Virus record (IMG/VR): IMGVR_UViG_3300011334_000294
Span: 1 to 34,735 of that record
Source: a virus
Lineage: Duplodnaviria; Caudoviricetes
Reading direction: 5' to 3' (one strand)
Length of the DNA: 34,735 nucleotides
The notes under the pieces were generated by a model that searched no databases, had not been told where the DNA came from, and was given only the letters and a program-made list of their open reading frames with translations. The translations under genes were made by a program, and so were the position numbers. This document shows positions 23,557-32,980 of this stretch, piece after piece (position 1 is the stretch's first letter; every line of letters begins with the position of its first letter).

Positions 23557-26066
23557 TGCCTACATACACAGTCCGCGCACCAAACGGTAAGACTTACAAG
23601 ATTACCGGCCCTGCGGGCGCTACCAACGCGCAGATTGAAAAGGCGGTTGTTGAAGCGTACCCTGATGCGCGCAGTACTGCGGCACCTAAAGCACCTACAA
23701 AAGCGCAGCAGGCGTTAGCCAACGCCAAGAAAGATGCAGCGGGGCGCCTTGCGGATGCAAAACGTACCGGTAACAAATCGGCAGAGCAGACGTATCAGCG
23801 CGAAGTGACGCGGTTGAACAAGTTGACACCAGATCAATTTTATAAAGCGCCGGGGCAAGGTGAGAGTTTTGTCAGCGGTCTGGTCGAGGGCGTCACGACG
23901 CCAATCCGGTTAGGGTTAGACCTTATCGGTGCGGGCGGCGACAAAGGCCAACGTGAACGCGGGACGTTCCGTTTACGTGAGTCGCAGCGGCGGTTCCCCA
24001 TAACAACTGCGGCGGGTAAAGTTACAGGTGATGTTATTTCGACCGCGCTGCTTCCCGGAGCGGCGGCGAAAGTTGTCGGCAAAGTAGCTGGCGGCACAAA
24101 GACCGGTCGGGCTATAGCGACCGCGCTGGGTTCTAGCGGATTTAAGACAGGTCTGCTACCAACGCGCGCCGCCGTGAAAGAAGGTTTGGCTAACGCACCA
24201 AAAGTTATTGACCGTGTTGTAGATTTAGCTCTCCGCGGCACTGCGGGTGCGGCTGTCGGCGCGGGTACAGCGGTTGCTTCCGACCAAGACGTAGGCACAA
24301 GCAGCATCATAGGCGCGCTTATGCCAACGGTAGGTTCGGCAACTTTCCGCACCGCGATGGATAAAGTATTGCTGCCTGCGTGGGAGCGTCTGTCTAATCA
24401 GCTTGGTGTTCAGCAAGCCGCTGCGGTGTTCCGCGACTCCTTTAACATGACCATACAAGACGCGCTGGCGCTTGCCCGCAGCGCCAAGGGCGATACGCCG
24501 TTTGCCAAAGTCGTGGCGCAGACGGGTGTTGAAGAGCCAACTGTTCAAGCGTTGTTCAAGAATGTTTCCGAAGGCGCGGGCAAAGACATTTATACCCCGA
24601 TTGCTCGCGCGGAAACAAAGGCGCAGCAAGACGTGCTTAACGCTATGGCGCGCGGCGCAACGGGACGTGAAGCACGCAATGCTATGATGCAAAGCCGAAG
24701 CTCGCTCGGTGAGCAGTACGCTGCCGATCAAGCCGCTGCATTTGAACGCGCCAACCTTGGTGGACAAGTCATTCCTAGATTGGAAACCAAAACCGCACAA
24801 GCAACGCAACAGGCTGCCGAACAATCTGATTTGGCGCGCCGTATGGCTTTCGGCGCCAACCGCGCGGACGAATTGTTGGCTAAAGGCAACCGTTTTGATG
24901 ACTACGGGCAAGAACTTGTTGATGGAATTGCAGGCGAAAGAATTACTGATGTCGGTAAAACTAACGTAATCCGCGGTCGTGCAGGCGCAATGACGGAACG
25001 TGCCGAAACAGCCGCGCAACAAGCCATTCGCTTGCGCGAGGAAGCTGCCGCGGCGCAACAACAAATTGCGGACTTGAACGCGCAGGGTATCCGCGCGCTT
25101 GAAACAGGTCCAGTGGCGGCGCAGATTCGCGCGCTGAAACAGGCCGAAGGCCTGAACAAAACGCAGCGCGCGGCGCTTGATTCTGTGGCGCAAGATATTG
25201 AAAGCTACGGCCCAATCATCCGCGCAGGTGATCTGGACGCTATTCGGTCAGACGCCAACGTTACAATCGCCAACCTTCTTGGCGCCAGCACCGATGTCGG
25301 CGGCGTAAAGAAAGCGACGGCAGACTTGTTGAGCCGCATTAAAGGCCCAATTGACGACGCCATTGAAAACGCCGGCGGCGCTGGGTTTAAAGAAGCTAAG
25401 ACCGCTTTTGCGACCGGCGCAAGCGACATAGAGCGTCAGCGATTTGCCGACCAGCTTGCGGGTATGTTTGAGAGTGGCCCAGCGGGCCAAGCGCAGTTTG
25501 CCGCTACGGTCGGTGGCCAACGCGGTACTACCGGCACGGTTGAAGCGGCGTTCCCCCGCGCCGGCAGTAGAAACTTTGATATCCAAGAAATGATGGGTGT
25601 GCCGGGCGGCGCTGCTGGCCCATCGCGTATGCCGGCATTGGAAAATATTGCAGGTGAAGTCCAACTTAGTCAGAAAATGGCGACGCAAGCAGAGCAAGGT
25701 GAAGACCTTGCTAAAAATCTGCTCAAGACGCCGCCGCAAGAAAAAGATATTTTCCATAATTATTCGCCAGTCGGAATGTTAACTAACGCTGGGCGCGCGT
25801 CATTAACATTTGCCAAAATCCTGTCGGACACAGGTCTATCTACAAAAGTCCAGCGGGCGCTGGCCGAAGGTTTCCGTAGCGGAGAGGCCGCCGAAAAGTT
25901 GTTGCTGACTATACCGCTTGCTGACCGCGCGCAGGTAGCCCGCCGCATGGTGGACAACGGTCTTCTTAGTGCAAAGGCAATGACTGGAATTGCGACCTTT
26001 AACGCTATGAACACGCCACCCGGTGAACTTTCGGGCCTCGAAAATCGCAACACTATGAGACGCTAA
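23556..26066 (+). CDS. large ejection protein (gp16 position)
   Basis: 836 aa, Ala/Gly-rich and helical; third of the ejection trio. Confidence 0.75.
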   Translation: MPTYTVRAPNGKTYKITGPAGATNAQIEKAVVEAYPDARSTAAPKAPTKAQQALANAKKDAAGRLADAKRTGNKSAEQTYQREVTRLNKLTPDQFYKAPGQGESFVSGLVEGVTTPIRLGLDLIGAGGDKGQRERGTFRLRESQRRFPITTAAGKVTGDVISTALLPGAAAKVVGKVAGGTKTGRAIATALGSSGFKTGLLPTRAAVKEGLANAPKVIDRVVDLALRGTAGAAVGAGTAVASDQDVGTSSIIGALMPTVGSATFRTAMDKVLLPAWERLSNQLGVQQAAAVFRDSFNMTIQDALALARSAKGDTPFAKVVAQTGVEEPTVQALFKNVSEGAGKDIYTPIARAETKAQQDVLNAMARGATGREARNAMMQSRSSLGEQYAADQAAAFERANLGGQVIPRLETKTAQATQQAAEQSDLARRMAFGANRADELLAKGNRFDDYGQELVDGIAGERITDVGKTNVIRGRAGAMTERAETAAQQAIRLREEAAAAQQQIADLNAQGIRALETGPVAAQIRALKQAEGLNKTQRAALDSVAQDIESYGPIIRAGDLDAIRSDANVTIANLLGASTDVGGVKKATADLLSRIKGPIDDAIENAGGAGFKEAKTAFATGASDIERQRFADQLAGMFESGPAGQAQFAATVGGQRGTTGTVEAAFPRAGSRNFDIQEMMGVPGGAAGPSRMPALENIAGEVQLSQKMATQAEQGEDLAKNLLKTPPQEKDIFHNYSPVGMLTNAGRASLTFAKILSDTGLSTKVQRALAEGFRSGEAAEKLLLTIPLADRAQVARRMVDNGLLSAKAMTGIATFNAMNTPPGELSGLENRNTMRR

Positions 26067-26069
26067 CCT

Positions 26070-26252
26070 ATGACTTCTATTGACCAGACCCAAGCACAAC
26101 TCAACACGCACGAACAGGTCTGCGCGTTTCGGTACGACAGTATCTGCGCGCGGCTGAAGCGTCTGGAAAGCATCGGCATCGGCGCCTGCGGAACCATCAT
26201 CGTATTGCTGATAGGCATATTGCTAAACTTAGTCCAAAAGGGCGCTGCATGA
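26070..26252 (+). CDS. single-TM holin-like protein (XhlA-like topology)
   Basis: Short coiled coil then a C-terminal TM helix; precedes the endolysin. Confidence 0.6.
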   Translation: MTSIDQTQAQLNTHEQVCAFRYDSICARLKRLESIGIGACGTIIVLLIGILLNLVQKGAA

Positions 26253-26641
26253 GCATCATCCTTGGTGCGCGGTCGCTGTCGCGCCTTGAGGGCGTCCACC
26301 CAGACCTAGTCCGTGTGGTCAAGAAAGCGGCGGCGATGTCGGACCTTGACTTCACGGTGCTGGAAGGTTTGCGAACCACCGCGCGCCAGACGCAGTTGGT
26401 CAAGCAGGGTGCGTCGAAGACGATGAACTCACGCCACATCACCGGACACGCCGTCGATTTAGCACCGCTGATTGACGGCAAAGTATCTTGGGATTGGCCG
26501 CTCTACCATCGGTTAGCCAAGATTGTGAAGGCCGCAGCCGCGGCTGAAAAAGTGCCGCTCCAGTGGGGCGGCGATTGGCGGACGTTCAAGGATGGCCCGC
26601 ATTGGGAACTACCTTGGAAGTCCTACCCGAAAGGAAAGTAA
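26249..26641 (+). CDS. endolysin, M15 family L-Ala-D-Glu-type peptidase
   Basis: EG.R...RQ, SRH.TGHAVD, WGGDW and DGPHWE motifs. Confidence 0.93.
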   Translation: MSIILGARSLSRLEGVHPDLVRVVKKAAAMSDLDFTVLEGLRTTARQTQLVKQGASKTMNSRHITGHAVDLAPLIDGKVSWDWPLYHRLAKIVKAAAAAEKVPLQWGGDWRTFKDGPHWELPWKSYPKGK

Positions 26642-26642
26642 T

Positions 26643-26801
26643 ATGTTAAAAGGTTATCGCACATACGTTCTGGCTGCGCTCGGCGTTATCACCGCTGCTG
26701 CTGGCTATCTGGTCGGCGACACAGACTTGCTGACGGCAGCTAACGCTGCTTTCACCGCAGGCGCTCTTGCGTTCTTGCGCGCAAGCGTTCCCCAGCCATA
26801 A
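26643..26801 (+). CDS. putative two-TM holin, 52 aa (MLKGYRTY...)
   Basis: Two hydrophobic segments; RBS AAGGA. Confidence 0.65.
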   Translation: MLKGYRTYVLAALGVITAAAGYLVGDTDLLTAANAAFTAGALAFLRASVPQP

Positions 26802-26804
26802 GCG

Positions 26805-26936
26805 TTAGGTTCGCCTAGCCATCATACGCCCGATCAGTATAACCATCGAGCCTAAGTCTTCCGGTGATTGCCCTGCCTTTAGCATGGCAATCACCTTTTC
26901 TAATGCTTCAGCGGTTGCCGCTGCATGGTCTGTCAT
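26805..26936 (-). CDS. 43-aa protein MTDHAAATAEALEKVIAMLK...
   Basis: Translated by hand; ATGA coupling. Confidence 0.6.
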   Translation of the reverse strand: MTDHAAATAEALEKVIAMLKAGQSPEDLGSMVILIGRMMARRT

Positions 26937-27124
26937 TTCTTCAACCCTTTCAAAAGTTCGACGCGCTCCCGCGCCGTCCGCATCGCGGAGTATCTTTGGT
27001 GCAGCCGCCGTGCGATGGCTGGGCGCTTGTGCGTCCGCAACTCGGCGTCCAGCGCCTGCTTTAGCTGCTCTTCCGTAAGGTCGGACAGCACGGCAATCAT
27101 CGACCGCCAGTTTAGCTTACTCAT
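26933..27124 (-). CDS. conserved small helical phage protein, 63 aa
   Basis: L.E.......E.....R....RLHQRY motif; RBS AGGA. Confidence 0.75.
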   Translation of the reverse strand: MSKLNWRSMIAVLSDLTEEQLKQALDAELRTHKRPAIARRLHQRYSAMRTARERVELLKGLKK

Positions 27125-27324
27125 TTATCAAGTCCTACAATTTGCCTAGCCGTTGCCGGCTGTTCAAGAAACGCGATAGAGATTTCATCGCCTTCTTTAA
27201 CCCCACCGCCTTTAATCATCATGCCGGCTGGCCGCTTATCAAAATCTTTATCATAATAGGCGGACAGCCATGCGCCTTCGCCGTTAACATAACGGCAGAC
27301 GTAAGGAAAAAACTTAGTTCGCAT
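27121..27324 (-). CDS. hypothetical protein, 67 aa
   Basis: Coupled between the helicase and the next gene; RBS GAGG. Confidence 0.6.
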   Translation of the reverse strand: MRTKFFPYVCRYVNGEGAWLSAYYDKDFDKRPAGMMIKGGGVKEGDEISIAFLEQPATARQIVGLDK

Positions 27325-28630
27325 CTTTCAATTCCTCTAAAGCTATGTCGGACACCGCACGCTTGTCGTGCAGCGCCGCCCATATACGTTCGTCAATACT
27401 CTTTTCGGTCAACATCACGTAGACCCAGACATCCTTTGTCTGACCGCTGCGGTGCAGGCGTCCGACCGTCTGCTCGTACAGTTCCAGCGACCAAGGCAGC
27501 GACAGGAACACCATATGGCATCCGCCGTGCTGTAGGTTCAGGCCGTGGCCTGCCGACTTAGGGTGCGCCAGCAACAGTTCGACCTGCCCTGCGTTCCAGC
27601 GTTCGATGACGTTGTCATCGTCCATTGTCTGCGCGTGCGGAAAGCGGCGCTTCAGTTCCGCCAACTCTTCCTGATAGGTGTAGGCGATGATGGTGTTGGC
27701 CCGCTGGTTCTCGGCCAGCAGTTCTTCCAGCCGGTCGAACTTGTGGCTGCTGAACCAGATGGACGGCGTGCCAGCGTCGCGGTTGTAGACAAAGCCTGAC
27801 GCCATCTGTTGCAGCTTGGTTGTCACCGACGCGGCGTTCTGCGCTACGATTTGGTCGTCGCCGAAACGTGTTACATACTCGCGCTTCATTTGGTCGTATG
27901 GCTTGCGGTCGTCCAGCGCGACGCGCACCTCAGTGACGTGACAGGGTGGCAGCTTGTCCTTGTACTCGCCCGGCTCCAGCACGAACGTCGCAGGGCGGAT
28001 GCGCTGCATGACTTGCTCCAGCGCGCCGGCGGCCGGAACCCATTGGCCGAAGTCGCGGTTGGTGCAGATGAAATACTGTTGCAGGAACGCGCCCTTGGCA
28101 CGGCCCAGCAACGTCTGGTCAATGATTTTGCACTGGCCGAAGACATCCTCAAGGCCGTTCGACGTGAACGAACCTGTCAGACCCCAGCGCACCTTGACGT
28201 TAGCCAGCAGCTTGTCGAGCGCCTTGAAGCGTTTGCCGCTGGGGTTTTTCAGTCGCGTCAGTTCGTCGAACACAATTCCGTCGAAGCCGGATAAATCCTC
28301 TAGCTTATCTAAGTTATCATAGTTAATGACGACGACACTGGCGTCGCTCCGCAACGCATCCACCCTTTGCGCTGGCGTGCCGACAGCCAGCGCAGGAGCG
28401 ACGCCAGACCACTTCGGTGCTTCGACAGGCCACACATCCGTACAGACGCGCTTCGGCGCTACGACCAGCCAGCGTTTGACGTGGCCGTCGCGCAGCATCT
28501 CATCCATCGCCGTCAAGGTAATGGCGGTCTTGCCCGCGCCAACAGGCGCAAGGATCATGGCGCGGTCACGCTCATACAAGAACGTCGCAGCCTCTTGCTG
28601 GTACGGCCTTAGTTGAAGCGTTTGAGCCAC
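27314..28630 (-). CDS. SNF2-family helicase
   Basis: LRPYQ, GAGKT, FDEL, LTGS, GHGLNLQ and Q..GRL.R.GQ motifs. Confidence 0.93.
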   Translation of the reverse strand: MAQTLQLRPYQQEAATFLYERDRAMILAPVGAGKTAITLTAMDEMLRDGHVKRWLVVAPKRVCTDVWPVEAPKWSGVAPALAVGTPAQRVDALRSDASVVVINYDNLDKLEDLSGFDGIVFDELTRLKNPSGKRFKALDKLLANVKVRWGLTGSFTSNGLEDVFGQCKIIDQTLLGRAKGAFLQQYFICTNRDFGQWVPAAGALEQVMQRIRPATFVLEPGEYKDKLPPCHVTEVRVALDDRKPYDQMKREYVTRFGDDQIVAQNAASVTTKLQQMASGFVYNRDAGTPSIWFSSHKFDRLEELLAENQRANTIIAYTYQEELAELKRRFPHAQTMDDDNVIERWNAGQVELLLAHPKSAGHGLNLQHGGCHMVFLSLPWSLELYEQTVGRLHRSGQTKDVWVYVMLTEKSIDERIWAALHDKRAVSDIALEELKDAN

Positions 28631-28884
28631 TCGTCCACCTCTTCAACTGACCATAAGCACGCGTAGTGCTGCTTCGTGTGCGTCATCTCATCTGCAAAGA
28701 TACGCTGCAACGCAGACAGACGCCCGCCAGCTTTCTTTAGTTCGATGAACCAAGCCTCACCGTTTGGCATACAGGCGATGCGGTCGGCGACGCCGACTTG
28801 CGTAATGCTGCGGAACTTATAGGCATAGCCGCCCGCCGCCCGCACGCGTTTGCAGAAATACCGCTCTATTTCTTTCTCAGTCAT
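28609..28884 (-). CDS. VRR-NUC domain nuclease
   Basis: E..IE, G..DR, FIELK and RLS.LQ motifs. Confidence 0.9.
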   Translation of the reverse strand: MTEKEIERYFCKRVRAAGGYAYKFRSITQVGVADRIACMPNGEAWFIELKKAGGRLSALQRIFADEMTHTKQHYACLWSVEEVDEWLKRFN

Positions 28885-28980
28885 AAAAGGGGGCTACTAC
28901 AAAATTTTTTGCATTTCAAGGGTTGCATCAAATTTTGTTGTATGTATTATGGCCGTTCAAACAGTAGAGTGAGGTACGAT
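28885..28980. promoter_or_regulatory. divergent promoter region of the replication module
   Basis: Minus strand: TTGAAA-N17-TAGCCC-N6-ATG. Plus strand: TTGCAT-N16-TATTAT at 28923-28950. Confidence 0.5.
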
Positions 28981-30102
28981 ATGCAACACAGTAAGATAGT
29001 CGGCGGCTCGACCGCCAAACGCGTCATCGCCTGCCCCGGCAGCGTTGCGCTGGTGGACAGCGTTCCGCCAAAGCCTAGCAGCAGCTACGCCGACGAAGGC
29101 ACGCTCCTGCATGACACTATAGCAACCATATTAGAGCGTGACCTTGACCCGTACAGCATGGTCGGCACGGCATACGAGAAGACCGTGCTGACTGAAGCAC
29201 TGGTCGATGACAAGCTGATACCGGCGCTGCGCGCGCTGGACGAGATAGACCCCAAGGGGGAGATGGAATATGCGGTTGAAAGCAGGGTTGGTTTTGGTGA
29301 TTTTCTGCCTGACGTTTTTGGTTCTACCGATCTTCTTGGCCGCATTGGTGATCGAGCGGTCGTTCTGGATTGGAAGTTCGGCGATGGCGTGGCTGTCGAA
29401 GTCGAAGAAAACAGCCAGCTACTCTTCTACGCTGCGGCGGCTAAACGCACGGCGGATACGTCTTGGGCTTTTGAAGGCGCAAAAGAAGTCGAACTGATTA
29501 TTGTCCAGCCGCCTTACGTCAAGCGTTGGGTGACTGACCTTGCGCGCGTTGACGCGTTCGAAAAAGAACTTGCCGCTGCCGTTAAGATTGCGATGCGTCC
29601 AGACGCGCCGTTGGCGTCAGGCGACCATTGCAAGTGGTGCGCGGCCAAGCCTATCTGCCCTGTGATGACGGGCGCTGTAGACCGCGCGCTAAAAGCCAAG
29701 ATTGACGCGCTGCCGATTGACCAGATTGCACACTATCTGGAACAGGCGCCGTTGATCGAAGCCTTCCTTAAAGACGTGCAGCAGTTGGCGCATGGGCTTC
29801 TGGAAGAAGGCCGTAAAGTCCCCGGCTGGAAGCTAGTCAACAAACGCGCCACAAGGCAGTGGACAAATGAGGATAAGGCTGTAGCCTTCCTGACGGGTGT
29901 TGGTGTAGAAGCATGGGGCGACCCCAAGCCGCTGTCGCCAGCCCAAGCGGAAAAGGCTTTGAAGAAAGCCAAAATAGAATTGCCAGCGGACTTAATCGTC
30001 GCTGTCTCAACAGGCTCTACCCTTGCGCCGGAGAGTGATCCTCGGCCAGCGGTTTTGCAAATCGGGCAGACGCTTACCAAAGCTATGTCTAAAATCCAGT
30101 AA
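28981..30102 (+). CDS. Cas4-like PD-(D/E)xK exonuclease (DUF2800-type)
   Basis: CPGS, EGT..H, G..D, DWKFG, QL..Y and C.WC.....C motifs; RBS GAGG. Confidence 0.88.
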   Translation: MQHSKIVGGSTAKRVIACPGSVALVDSVPPKPSSSYADEGTLLHDTIATILERDLDPYSMVGTAYEKTVLTEALVDDKLIPALRALDEIDPKGEMEYAVESRVGFGDFLPDVFGSTDLLGRIGDRAVVLDWKFGDGVAVEVEENSQLLFYAAAAKRTADTSWAFEGAKEVELIIVQPPYVKRWVTDLARVDAFEKELAAAVKIAMRPDAPLASGDHCKWCAAKPICPVMTGAVDRALKAKIDALPIDQIAHYLEQAPLIEAFLKDVQQLAHGLLEEGRKVPGWKLVNKRATRQWTNEDKAVAFLTGVGVEAWGDPKPLSPAQAEKALKKAKIELPADLIVAVSTGSTLAPESDPRPAVLQIGQTLTKAMSKIQ

Positions 30103-30120
30103 CAGAAAAGGTACAATACA

Positions 30121-30783
30121 ATGTCGAATATCACAACTTTTGGTGGCGCTAACTTGCCGTCCGTTCAGTCTCTCTCTGGCGCGTTGCGCTCCATCCAGTC
30201 CGAAGTCGCGCCGGGTGGCACAGTTATTCTGAAGATGGACAAGACAGGCCATTGGGTTTTCGGTGCTGACCAGACCGAAGTAGAAGATGGCAGCCTATGG
30301 GCCGCCAATCCGTTCTCGTTCGTCCACGGCTACATTGCGTGGGGCAACGGCGAAGTGCTGGCTGAAAAGCTGGTTCCGGTGTCAGAGCCGCTACCAGCGT
30401 TAGAGCCAGCGCCATCAGGCGCAGCGCGCGGATGGGAAATGCAGGTCGGCATGATGCTGGTTTGCACGAACGGCGAAGACAAGGATATGCAGGCACGCTT
30501 CACGGCTACATCAGTCGGCGGCAAGCGTGCAGTGCAGGCGTTGGCGGTTGCCATCGCCGACCAAGTCGAGAAAGACCAAACTAAGCCAGTGCCGTTGATC
30601 GAACTGAAGTCTGAGCATTACCAGCACAAGACCTATGGACGTATCTATACGCCTATCTTCAACATTACCGATTGGGTATCAATGGATACATCTTCGGTTG
30701 AAGAGACAGAGGATGCAGAGTTGGAAGTCGCTGCTGAACCTGAAGCCGCTGAAGGTGCGCGTCGTCGTCGTCGCGTAGTTTAA
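30121..30783 (+). CDS. putative single-stranded DNA-binding protein
   Basis: Between the nuclease and polymerase; Y.HK.YG.I..P motif; acidic tail. Confidence 0.7.
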   Translation: MSNITTFGGANLPSVQSLSGALRSIQSEVAPGGTVILKMDKTGHWVFGADQTEVEDGSLWAANPFSFVHGYIAWGNGEVLAEKLVPVSEPLPALEPAPSGAARGWEMQVGMMLVCTNGEDKDMQARFTATSVGGKRAVQALAVAIADQVEKDQTKPVPLIELKSEHYQHKTYGRIYTPIFNITDWVSMDTSSVEETEDAELEVAAEPEAAEGARRRRRVV

Positions 30784-30845
30784 GGGGTGCGAAAGCCGGA
30801 GCGTGCCACCGCGCTCCGGCGAGTAGCGGAAGAGTGAGAACTTCT
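30784..30845 (+). promoter_or_regulatory. structured leader with an sRNA loop-2 target
   Basis: GCCGGAGCGTG-CCAC-CGCGCTCCGGC stem; GAAG-AGTGAGAA-CTTC hairpin just before the ATG. Confidence 0.55.
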
Positions 30846-31034
30846 ATGATAATAAATAATTACAGACACGTTTCGGCGAAAATGCCGCGTATGGCGGTGT
30901 GTTCGATATGCGACCGCGCCGCGGGCGAAGCAGCAGCACCTAAGTTTACCCGCATTTGCCTTCAGCTATTACACCGCCAGCCATTCATGTGCGACGAATG
31001 TTGGGAGGGTCGCCATGTCCGCTCTTTGGGTTGA
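30846..31034 (+). CDS. small Zn-finger protein, 62 aa
   Basis: CSIC...CDEC; its 3' end carries the polymerase RBS GGGAGG. Confidence 0.6.
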   Translation: MIINNYRHVSAKMPRMAVCSICDRAAGEAAAPKFTRICLQLLHRQPFMCDECWEGRHVRSLG

Positions 31035-32970
31035 CTTTGAAACGCGCAGCCGTTGCGACCTTCGCAGCCGTGGCGTGTACAATTACGCGCAGGACGCCAG
31101 CACCGACGTGCTGTGTATGTCCTACGCATTTGATGACGAAGACGTGCGGACGTGGCTTCCTAGTGAGCCTTTCCCGCAAGCCGTCCGTGACCACAAGGGG
31201 CTGGTATACGCGCACAACGCAGCGTTCGAGCGCCTGATATTCTGGTATGTGCTTCAGGTCGATTTCAAGCTGGAGCAGTTCTACTGCACCGCAGCGCAGG
31301 CCCGCGCCAACTGTGCGCCGGGCAGCCTTGAGGATGTGGGCCGCTTCGCTGGCGCGACCATGAAGAAAGACCACCGCGGCGGACAACTGATCCGCTTGCT
31401 GTCCATTCCGCAAGCTGACGGCACGTTCCGCGAGGATGCCGCGCTGATGCAGGAGATGGTTGACTATTGCGAACAGGATGTCCGTGCCATGCGCGCCATC
31501 GCGCAGGCGCAGCGTCCGCTGTCCGACGAAGAGTTGGCTGACTATCACACCAACGAGCGCATCAACGACCGCGGCGTCCTGCTTGACAGGCCGCTGGCGC
31601 AGGCGGCTGTGCGCTACGCTGAAACCGAACTGGCTGAGATACAGTCCATCGTCGCAGAGGTGACGCAGGGCGAGATAACGTCCGTCCGCAGCCCCAAGAT
31701 GAAGAAGTGGGTGCTGGACCGCGTAGGGCCGCCGGCTGTAGCCGTGGCAACCGTGATGAAGGACGGCGTCGAGAAGCTGTCCATTGACAAGAACGTGCGC
31801 GCTAACCTACTCGTGCTGGCTGAGGAGAACCCTGATGAAGTACCGGCGGAAGTTGCGGAAGTCATCCAGTGCGCGGACGATCTGTGGGCATCGTCCGTGG
31901 CAAAATTCCAGCGTGCCGCGGCGCTTGCTGATGAGGAGGATTGCCGCGTTAGAGGAGCATTTGTATTTGCAGGAGGCAGTGCTACTGGCCGCGCTTCATC
32001 ATTTGGGCTTCAGGTCCACAACTTCCCGCGAAAGTGTGCCGACGACCCTGCATTAGTGCGGCAGGCTATGGTGCGCGGACATCAAATCGTCCCCGCGCAT
32101 GGTCGCCGTGTGACGGACGTGTTGAAAGGTATGCTGCGCCCTGCGCTGATGGCTGATACAGGCAAGCGGCTTATCGTCGCTGACTGGGCAGCTATCGAAG
32201 CGCGGGTGACGCCGTGGGCGTCCAACAGTATCTTCGGCGCGAACAAGCTGGACATCTTCGCCAAGGGTGAGGATGTCTACAAGCACAACGCTATGGCGAC
32301 ATTCCATGTTGGCTATGACGAAGTCGATAAAGACCAACGCCAGATCGGCAAGGTGCAAGAGTTGGCGTGCGGCTTTGCAGGCGGCGTAGGGGCGTTTGCC
32401 AGCATGGGCCGCATCTACGGCCTGATGATGTCGGAGAGCGACGCGAAGCGCATGGTGGACGCATGGCGCAGGGCTAACAAGTGGGCCGTGCCTTACTGGT
32501 CGGGCCTTGAGGAAACCTATATGCGCGCTATGCGTAACAAGGGCCGCGAGTTTACCATCGGGCGCGTCACATATTTATTTGACGGACTGCATCTTTGGTA
32601 TGCTCTTCCGTCTGGCCGTGTGCTATGTTATCCTTTCGCCCGCTTCGACGAGGAAGGCAACCTGACCTATGCTAAGGCTTCATGGAAGCCGGCCGCAGAC
32701 GCTAAGGAGTGGCCAAGGGCGCGGCTGTGGCGCGGTCTGGCGTGTGAGAACATCACGCAGGCTGTCGCTAACGACTTGCTGCGCGCCGCCTTGCGCCGGT
32801 TGGACGACGTAGTGCTGCACATCCACGACGAAATCGTCTTGGAAGTGCCAGAAGATGAAGCCGAAGCCGCCGCCGCGCGGCTGGTGCAGATTATGTGTGA
32901 GCCGCCACCTTGGGCAGCAGGGCTTCCCCTGAACGCTGAAGTGGCAATAATGGAACGATATGGCAAATAA
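31015..32970 (+). CDS. family A DNA polymerase with 3'-5' exonuclease
   Basis: Exo DFET, HNAAFE, YCEQD; motif A DWAAIEAR; motif B RQIGKVQELACGF; motif C HDE. Confidence 0.95.
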   Translation: MSALWVDFETRSRCDLRSRGVYNYAQDASTDVLCMSYAFDDEDVRTWLPSEPFPQAVRDHKGLVYAHNAAFERLIFWYVLQVDFKLEQFYCTAAQARANCAPGSLEDVGRFAGATMKKDHRGGQLIRLLSIPQADGTFREDAALMQEMVDYCEQDVRAMRAIAQAQRPLSDEELADYHTNERINDRGVLLDRPLAQAAVRYAETELAEIQSIVAEVTQGEITSVRSPKMKKWVLDRVGPPAVAVATVMKDGVEKLSIDKNVRANLLVLAEENPDEVPAEVAEVIQCADDLWASSVAKFQRAAALADEEDCRVRGAFVFAGGSATGRASSFGLQVHNFPRKCADDPALVRQAMVRGHQIVPAHGRRVTDVLKGMLRPALMADTGKRLIVADWAAIEARVTPWASNSIFGANKLDIFAKGEDVYKHNAMATFHVGYDEVDKDQRQIGKVQELACGFAGGVGAFASMGRIYGLMMSESDAKRMVDAWRRANKWAVPYWSGLEETYMRAMRNKGREFTIGRVTYLFDGLHLWYALPSGRVLCYPFARFDEEGNLTYAKASWKPAADAKEWPRARLWRGLACENITQAVANDLLRAALRRLDDVVLHIHDEIVLEVPEDEAEAAAARLVQIMCEPPPWAAGLPLNAEVAIMERYGK

Positions 32971-32980
32971 GGAGCAAGCG

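Noticed and set aside
24225-25193. Long antisense ORFs (322 aa here, and similar ones opposite portal, coat and pol)
   Set aside because: Shadow frames of GC-rich coding genes with no RBS or motifs.
28798-28980. Upstream extension of the 434-aa ORF
   Set aside because: It overlaps VRR-NUC on the opposite strand and the promoter region. The ATG at 28981 has an RBS and the family-typical N-terminus.
28981-30102. Cas4-like nuclease as a sign of a CRISPR system
   Set aside because: No other cas genes or repeat-spacer array. This nuclease is a normal part of the nuclease-SSB-PolA replication module.
30784-30845. Multi-hairpin region as a tRNA
   Set aside because: No T-loop GTTCRA, D-loop or acceptor stem with CCA.
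5467-32970. Stop-codon reassignment
   Set aside because: Core genes are full length in the standard code, and TAA, TGA and TAG all terminate genes.
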